In this document: in pieces, positions 57,165 to 64,000 of the stretch
Layout of the letters: each line of letters opens with the position of its first letter
Numbering within the stretch: the first letter of the stretch is position 1
Origin: Laetmonice hystrix
Taxonomy: Eukaryota
DNA length: 64,000 nt
Direction of reading: 5' to 3'
Assembly (NCBI GenBank): GCA_965235115.1
Contig: OZ249437.1
Coordinates: 5,456,001 to 5,520,000, forward strand
Notes under the pieces: generated by a model
Database searches by the model: none
What the model was told of the DNA's origin: nothing
Seen by the model: the letters and a program-made list of their open reading frames with translations, nothing else
Program-made: the position numbers and the translations under genes

Positions 57165-59110
57165 TCAATCGGGCTAGTGTTAGCGGCAGTTCCAAATATG
57201 CAAGTGAAAGAAAACAGACAAACTTAAACGAGACGAAATGCCCTTCGAACGTGTGCGTCCGTCCAGGTCCTTCCCGGAAAACATGCGACGCAGCCTTGAA
57301 CCCCCTCCACCCACACACCCCCACCCCAACACGTGGACCCCCTCCACCCACACACTCTCCTAAGCGTGCGTCGTCTTTTAGTTATAGTTGATGCGATACT
57401 TTTTCAATTGTATTTTACCACTTATGTGTAAGGATTATATTTTGGACAAATCACTTGCGGATGTGCAATGGCGTATTAGTTTTCGCCTGCTGGTGACGTG
57501 AGTTGGACTGTATGGAGGAGTTTGGTTGAAGGACAACCAAACTTCCGGCGGAGGAGTGACTGACTATCGCTCAGTGACATACTTATAGATAGGGGTATGC
57601 TGGTCATGTGCGGTCATGCGTGTACGCGAGCATTCCCTTTAGATGTGCAGGTGTGGCAGGAATGCAAGTTTGGCTGGATGCAACCCCGTTGGACGTCAGA
57701 TTCTCTTGTTATGCAGGTCCTAGGTATAGGCAGTATGGGTTAAGGTTAGGAAGATATATTGATATAGTATAATATTAATAACTTCAATCCTTCTAGAGGT
57801 ATCAGATTACCTGCATTTTGGGATTGCAGATCCATCGGAACCGCATTCCAAGGAGACTTGGAAATCTGCTTGTGTTGCACCAAACTGATGGAGCCGCCAC
57901 TGAGTGGCGAATGCCAGCATAGCGCCCAGATGGCAGGGAGACTTTTTTAAATTATAGATCTATTGGGTCTAGTTTATTAATTATGCATTTTCCTTTCATT
58001 CAGGGAGGGGGCGCACAAATATGATATTACAGACGCAGGCCTAAACACACAATGGTGACAACAATCTCAGCAATGACACGGTTAGCTACACCCTCAACAA
58101 ACATTATAATTATAGCCTTATCGGTGAAATTCTTACAAGTTATCAATAACCTTAGCGATGCTTTAACTGGGAAACCGCACGAATACTACGAGGTTCAATT
58201 TAATTTTAGGCTTATACACAACGAAAGAGCCCAACTTACCGCACAATTGAAACTGCCGCCATTCACTGAAAGAATGGACACTTTGTGATGAGCTCTATCA
58301 GTCTATGAATATGACAAACAATGAGCACATGCAAGTGAAGCTTCCATGACATCTGTCGCTAAAACTGACTCACCTCTCCCTGGTAGCGATGATCAGGTAT
58401 TTTATGCTCCGGCTGACCTGACTGTAGTATCTTCCTACCATCAGTTCACGGCGACGCTGTGACCTTGCCGTATTTCAGTTCGGACTCATCCTCAGACTGA
58501 TCACACACGATCTCAGCCCTTGGCATATCTGCAGCTCTGGAGGCCTCACATATATCTCCTCAGTGCATGTCGCGAGTTATAATTGAATGCGTCGATCTAA
58601 CTGAGACAGCACGACGCTCGCTCAGTAGGTCTTTATGACACGTACGACCAAAACGAGGCCACCGCCGACGCGGCTTTGTAAATCTTGCCGAGTGCCGCAG
58701 TCGCGCAGATGAAAATCAATATCAATCACTAGGAACACTGACTCATGCTTTTGCTCCTCGCCAAAAGCTCTGGAGGGGCACGGGGTAACTACTGCAGACC
58801 CCCTGCCTATACTTATACGCTCATATCTATAAAAAAAAGTGAAGCTGATGGGGAGTGAGGCCCCCACATGCAGGCACTCCTTTTCCCCCAGGGGCCGGTC
58901 TTGCTCTCGATACTTGCTCTCCGTTTATGAACAACGGAGTACCACAGAAGCGTGGGGCGACGCGCCCCTTTTAAAGTAACAATAGAGAGGGTTCGCCACA
59001 CGTTTAGCACCGTGTACGTCAGGCAAGGTCACGACCTGACCACCCGTAGGCCTACAGGTTCTGTCAGACAGAGTTGTTTTGCCAGGAGTCTCCCTGACGC
59101 TCTACGTATA

Positions 59111-59365
59111 CAGGCGCGGATCCAGGGGGCGTGGGGGCGCACGCCCCCCCTTCAAAAAATAGGTGAAAAAAAGCAGTTTACTTTATTTTTGGATAGAATA
59201 TTCACCAAATTGCAGGAAAATGCATCTAAAATTTCAAAGGTTTCTGGAGACAAACCCCTACACCCCTCTAGAGGGGCGCGCACGTGTGCGGTGCGTGCAC
59301 TGCTAGTTTACCATTCAAACCCCACGCCCCCCCCCCCCTTTTCCAAAATCCTGGATCCGCCCCTG
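59111..59365. mobile_element. CAGG(C/G)GCGGATCCAG MITE with 5-bp TSD GTATA
   Basis: TIR CAGGCGCGGATCCAGG / CCTGGATCCGCCCCTG with GTATA on both flanks. Confidence 0.8.
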
Positions 59366-60198
59366 GTATACAACATAGGTGCATTGGCAGGACAGAGCTG
59401 GTCAGCAGGCCAAATGTGCTCCGTTTAATTCCATTTATCACTTATATCCAACCATGGTTTATATATAACAAACACTTAACTCAACATGTATATTTTGATG
59501 GTAGCAAACTGACCGAAATTTGCACTCATCTGTAAACGTACCCGTACAGACCACATGCATGGGACGTGTGGAGGGGCGTTTACCAGTACATGGTAATGTG
59601 TACCAAAAATATTATATAAACATATAACATCAAACTGTAGAGTAACCTTAAACACGTACAGTGTACCATCAAAACAGACATACATGTCGAGTTCAAGTGT
59701 TTGTTATATATATAAACCATGATTTGAAATAAGGGGGCAGGGGCGCCACTGTGCACACCCGAGTTGTACGACATCACGAGTTGGTTAATGTGCGCTGACG
59801 AGTCGCGGTATGTGTGCCCCCTCAAGCTTGTGTCCGATATTTTTTAATTTTAAGGTGGGGGGGGGGGGTGTGCGAGGTTTATTTCATAGTAAGCTCAATA
59901 AAAGATTATGGAGTCGACCACCCAAACCTCTGCCCGGCATTATACTGCCTAGATTATTTTAATAGAGAATTTAAAAAATAATAATAAAAGATTAGGCCAT
60001 TGGCAACTATCCTTTCGTATTCTATGACGAGTTTGTTAACATTATAAAACCATGTACCATTCTACAGAAAATGATAGCTTACATCCTTTGGAGTTCAAAA
60101 AAACCCAAAAAAACAGACATTTGTGTACATTATAATTTTATTCAAACTATTCATAAGAAAAAAAATGGCTTGTATAGTTATTATCTTACTGCCAACAA

Positions 60199-63100
60199 CT
60201 ACCGTTTCCTGTTCTTTGCAATTTGACGTTTTTTCTTCCCCATCCGAGGTCTCTTTCCAGTAGCCTAAAAATAAAAAATTATATTTTATTAGCAACAAAA
60301 TAGGGTTTTTTATTTAAACATTGATGGGAAGTGGCTTTGGGCCCTATAGCTGAAGGCCAGCACCTTGGTATATAGGGGCTCAACCACTGGATAGGTAGGC
60401 AGAAACATGGCACAAACCTAAAACAAATATGCCTGACAATTTGGACATGCCAGTCAGGTCAAAGGGATAGTACCAAATTAGAGAGCCCTATAAGAGTTAG
60501 AGTCAGTGTGTCGCCGAGTCGTTTTATTTTACTCAAGTACTATATATTATTCAAATATAGTCATCTTCATCAAACAAAAAAAGGAAAAACTAAGGGGGGC
60601 AGGACCCCTGGGCCCCCTTGGATCCCCCAGTGAACCCCATTATAAAATGCAAAATTGTCCCCTGTGGTGACATAGCAGTAGTAGTTGGAAAATCAGCAGA
60701 AAATGGGCGAATCATTATAACTTAGATAAAAGGTACATTGATTGGACCATATAAAAGGTACATTGATTAGATCACATAAAAGGAACATTGATTGGATCAT
60801 ATAAAAGGTACATTGATTGGATCATATAAAAGGAACATTGATTGGATCATATATAAGGTACATTCATTGGATCAAGATTCGCCTTGGAGTTATTGACAAA
60901 GAATTATAGAGTCTCTTTCACACTCATGTAATGTTGGGTTATTTTTCGTTTACCTTTAACCCAACTGGTGTTTTTCCACCTTTCGAGCCATGCGTCTTTG
61001 CACTGAAGCCGGACATGTCACTGGCACTATTTGAAGTGTTGTATTTTGACCTTTTCTTCTGTCCACCAAATCCAAACTTCAAATTCCTTGACTGCCGCTT
61101 CTTGTTTGGTCTTCACAATATTATTTGAAAAAGTTTAAAGTATAACATTTTGAAACTAAAATTGATTTCAATACATTCATGTTGCTGTCGAGATTCTAGG
61201 TGAATTGCATTTGAGAACACTTCAAAGAAAAAAGTTTACTTCCAGATCTAATCCATTTAGAACATAACCTATCTAAATTTGTAATGTTTCTTTGAAGTCG
61301 TTAGGACCTGGTATATGACTCATTACTAACCCTATCAAAATAATGTGTGCTTCTTAATGATAAAGTTTTGTATTTTTGATGAAAACCAAGATCATTATGT
61401 AAGGAAGCTAGGAGAACTTACAGGAATGATTTGCCTGGTGCTTTTTCTTTCTGCTTTTTCTCCTTGTGGTCACCGTCTTCAAGGAAGTCAAGATTTGTCA
61501 GCTTTCCTGTGAAATCAGAAAGAGTAATGTTTTTAAAAACATCGATGTTGCTACAGATTGGAAGGGGGCAATGATTGGAGTGACTGAACAACTGATTTTA
61601 TGCTGTCCGGGCCACCTTCACGGGCCAATCACGGCAACAATAAGGTTAAAGTAGAGTACAAGGTTAAAATATCTGTTGCCTGGGCCAAATGTTTTTTTAT
61701 CCTTTCTGATCATGTTCAGCAACCCGGCCAGCAGACATGGCCGAACCTGTCCCCAATCACATATGTGGGGAAGGCCTGCCAAGCTGTTCATGATTTCACT
61801 GAGATTTCTGTATCAGGAGGTCCAACCCAGATGTAACGGAAAATGTCTTGAATGCAAAAAATGTCACACGCAGAGATTGAGACATTTTTCGTTCCATACA
61901 TATGAAAAATGCATAAAAATCTCTGGTCGCGAAAAGTATCACAATTTTGTACCATTTGGGCTCACCCAGTTCACGATTTGCTTTATTAAGAATAAAGAAC
62001 AAACATTTACCTTTCCTTGCTTTTTTCACTTGATCCAGCATTTCCTTTTTTTCCTTTCTTCGTTTCGACAGGACGTCTTTCTGTACCTACAAAAGTCAGA
62101 AATGAAGAGGTTTCTCAAAAATGTATCAATCTCATGCTTCTTAAACATACATTATTTCATATCACTGTTATTATCATTGTGTCAGACCCAATGCATCAAG
62201 CTGCCAACAATGTGTTACCGATTGGTTTGATGGGTGACTGACTCCAGCAGACTTGTGCCCCCCCTGTCGGATCTAAACAACATTAGATGGAGTGTGGAAG
62301 TGGTTCCTACCATTACATGGCACAGACCAGCCACCAGCACTTGACTTAATTAACCTATCATGGTCACTGAATGTAAAGGGAAATAGTGCAAAACGAAAGT
62401 GCCCCCTCTCCCATAATGCACTTTTAGATCTCAGTAGATTACATCGATCTCGTTGACCATAAATTTGGATGAAAAACAAGCCCGACACAGGACTGAGGTT
62501 CAACTGGCTTAACCTCGACATTGGTAGCAATGTTTAACATTTCCTTGATGTTATGTGAAAACTGAATGGTAGTTTCATTGATACCATCATGATTTGTTCG
62601 TTATTGCACTGAAACGAAATCCCAAGCACAACCAATGCGAAGCCTGCTGACCTACTTACGGTGCATGGATTTCACTTATTATTGAACTCATCCGAGATAT
62701 TGCCCATATGAACTATGTTCAAAGTTTTGCTGAAATCCATTAAGATTTGTTGCAGTTATCTTGTTGAAACCTAATTGTTATTGGATGGTAGGACAGATGG
62801 ACGACATGCCACCACATAAGCTCTACTGGCTTCCAAAAATGGCTTAACTCCCTACTTTTATCACTGAGAAGAACCACCAATAATGTAACTGCTTCAGCTC
62901 TTTCGAAGGAGACAAGACCAGGTATTTAATTTTCCACCCAGGTGAGGCAGTCAACTTACCTGTTACAAGACCAGGTACGTGTACATGTATTTAATTTTCC
63001 ACCCAGGTGAGGCAGTCAACTTACCTGTTACAAGACCAGGTACGTGTACATGTATTTAATTTTCCACCCAGGTGAGGCAGTCAACTTACCTGTTACAAGA

Positions 63101-63973
63101 CCAGGTACGTGTACATGTATTTAATTTTCCACCCAGGTGAGGCAGTCAACTTACCTGTTACAAGACCAGGTACGTGTACATGTATTTAATTTTCCACCCA
63201 GGTGAGGCAGTCAACTTACCTGTTACAAGACCAGGTACGTGTACATGTATTTAATTTTCCACCCAGGTGAGGCAGTCAACTTACCTGTTACAAGACCAGG
63301 TACGTGTATGTAATTTTCCACCCAGGTACGTGTATTTAATTTTCCACCCAGGTGAGACAGTCAACTTACCTGTTACAAGACCAGGTACGTGTACATGTAT
63401 TTAATTTTCCACCCAGGTGAGGCAGTCAACTTACCTGTTACAAGACCAGGTACGTGTATTTAATTTTCCACCCAGGTACGTGTATTTAATTTTCCACCCA
63501 GGTGAGGCAGTCAACTTACCTGTTTTCCATACTTCCTGAGTTCCCTCATTTGTTTTGCTTTCTCCGACCTTTCTATCGACAACTGCTTGGATAACAACTT
63601 TTCCCGGACCTGAAAGGAAAATAGGCATCTATCAGGTGCTAACATCCAATAAAGCTGCTGAGCGGCCATTTTGAATGATATATAAAATCTAATTTACATA
63701 CACAATCCTCAGACTGTCCCTGATCATTGTGTAAAGTTTCATAAAATCTGACCCATACACTTCTGAGAAATCACTGTCTATGGACAGACAGACGTCAAAT
63801 TTGAATGTCCCACCCCTGCGGGTTTTAGGCTAATAATCATGCAACATACTTTCTTCATGTGTTCATCAGACTTTGCCATTTCGGCAAAGTAATCATCTGA
63901 ACGTCTGGTTGGAATGCACAAAGCCTTGAGCCGTGGTATTGCATGAAGCAGTGCTTGCTGGGCCTGGCGGTAA
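60199..63973 (-). CDS. EBNA1BP2: EBNA1BP2/Ebp2 rRNA-processing protein, 3' part; exons 63973-63850, 63609-63520, 62086-62011, 61506-61422, 61110-60954, 60264-60199
   Basis: Spliced translation YRQAQQALL..IPT.R..DYFAEMAKSDEHMKK|VREKLL..ERSEKAKQMRELRKYGKQ|VQKDVLSKRRKEKKEML..|..LDFLE..|PNKKRQ.RN.KFGFGGQKKRSKYNT..|ATGKRPRMGKKKRQ..* matches Ebp2. All phases are consistent, and AATAAA lies at 60142-60137. Confidence 0.96.
60726..60874. repeat. 25-bp tandem repeat x6 in the last EBNA1BP2 intron
   Basis: ATAAAAGG(T/A)ACATTGATTGGATCAT units. Confidence 0.9.
62913..63524 (-). repeat. 65-bp minisatellite (two 85-bp variants) starting at an EBNA1BP2 exon/intron junction; 9 copies of the donor
   Basis: Minus-strand unit AACAG|GTAAGTTGACTGCCTCACCTGGGTGGAAAATTAAATACATGTACACGTACCTGGTCTTGT. 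Donor G positions are 63519 (true), 63434, 63369, 63284, 63219, 63154, 63089, 63024 and 62959. Confidence 0.97.
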
Positions 63974-64000
63974 CTGAAGAATAGAAAAATGTAATGTATC

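Overview
Eukaryotic, intron-rich DNA from an invertebrate bilaterian; the taxon cannot be pinned from sequence alone. I rebuilt six gene models by hand from GT-AG junctions with consistent phases. They are SMAD4 (minus, 5' part, runs off the left edge), a core-2/I-branching GCNT glycosyltransferase (minus, 3 coding exons), a TESK/LIMK-family kinase (plus, 9 coding exons), an Scl/TAL1 bHLH factor (minus), an unrecognised 2-exon ~308-aa four-TM protein (minus) and EBNA1BP2/Ebp2 (minus, last 6 exons, runs off the right edge). Introns and intergenic DNA are dense in MITE-like elements (Harbinger-, Tc1/pogo- and hAT-like, several with 5- or 6-bp TSDs), SINE-like sequence and minisatellites. There is a 148-N gap at 45320-45467. 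The most unusual signal is two independent tandem arrays that each start at a real exon/intron junction and multiply the 5' splice site. In TESK, 7 x 76-bp units predict in-frame 12-nt micro-exons separated by 64-nt GT-AG segments at the kinase hinge. In EBNA1BP2, ~65-bp units give 9 copies of AACAG|GTAAGT, a chain of zero-length-exon (recursive-splice-like) junctions. Also notable are a 217-bp tandem array of Pol III A/B-box units, RFX X-boxes around the orphan gene, and convergent CTCF-like motifs bracketing Scl. All function-level statements are inference and untested.
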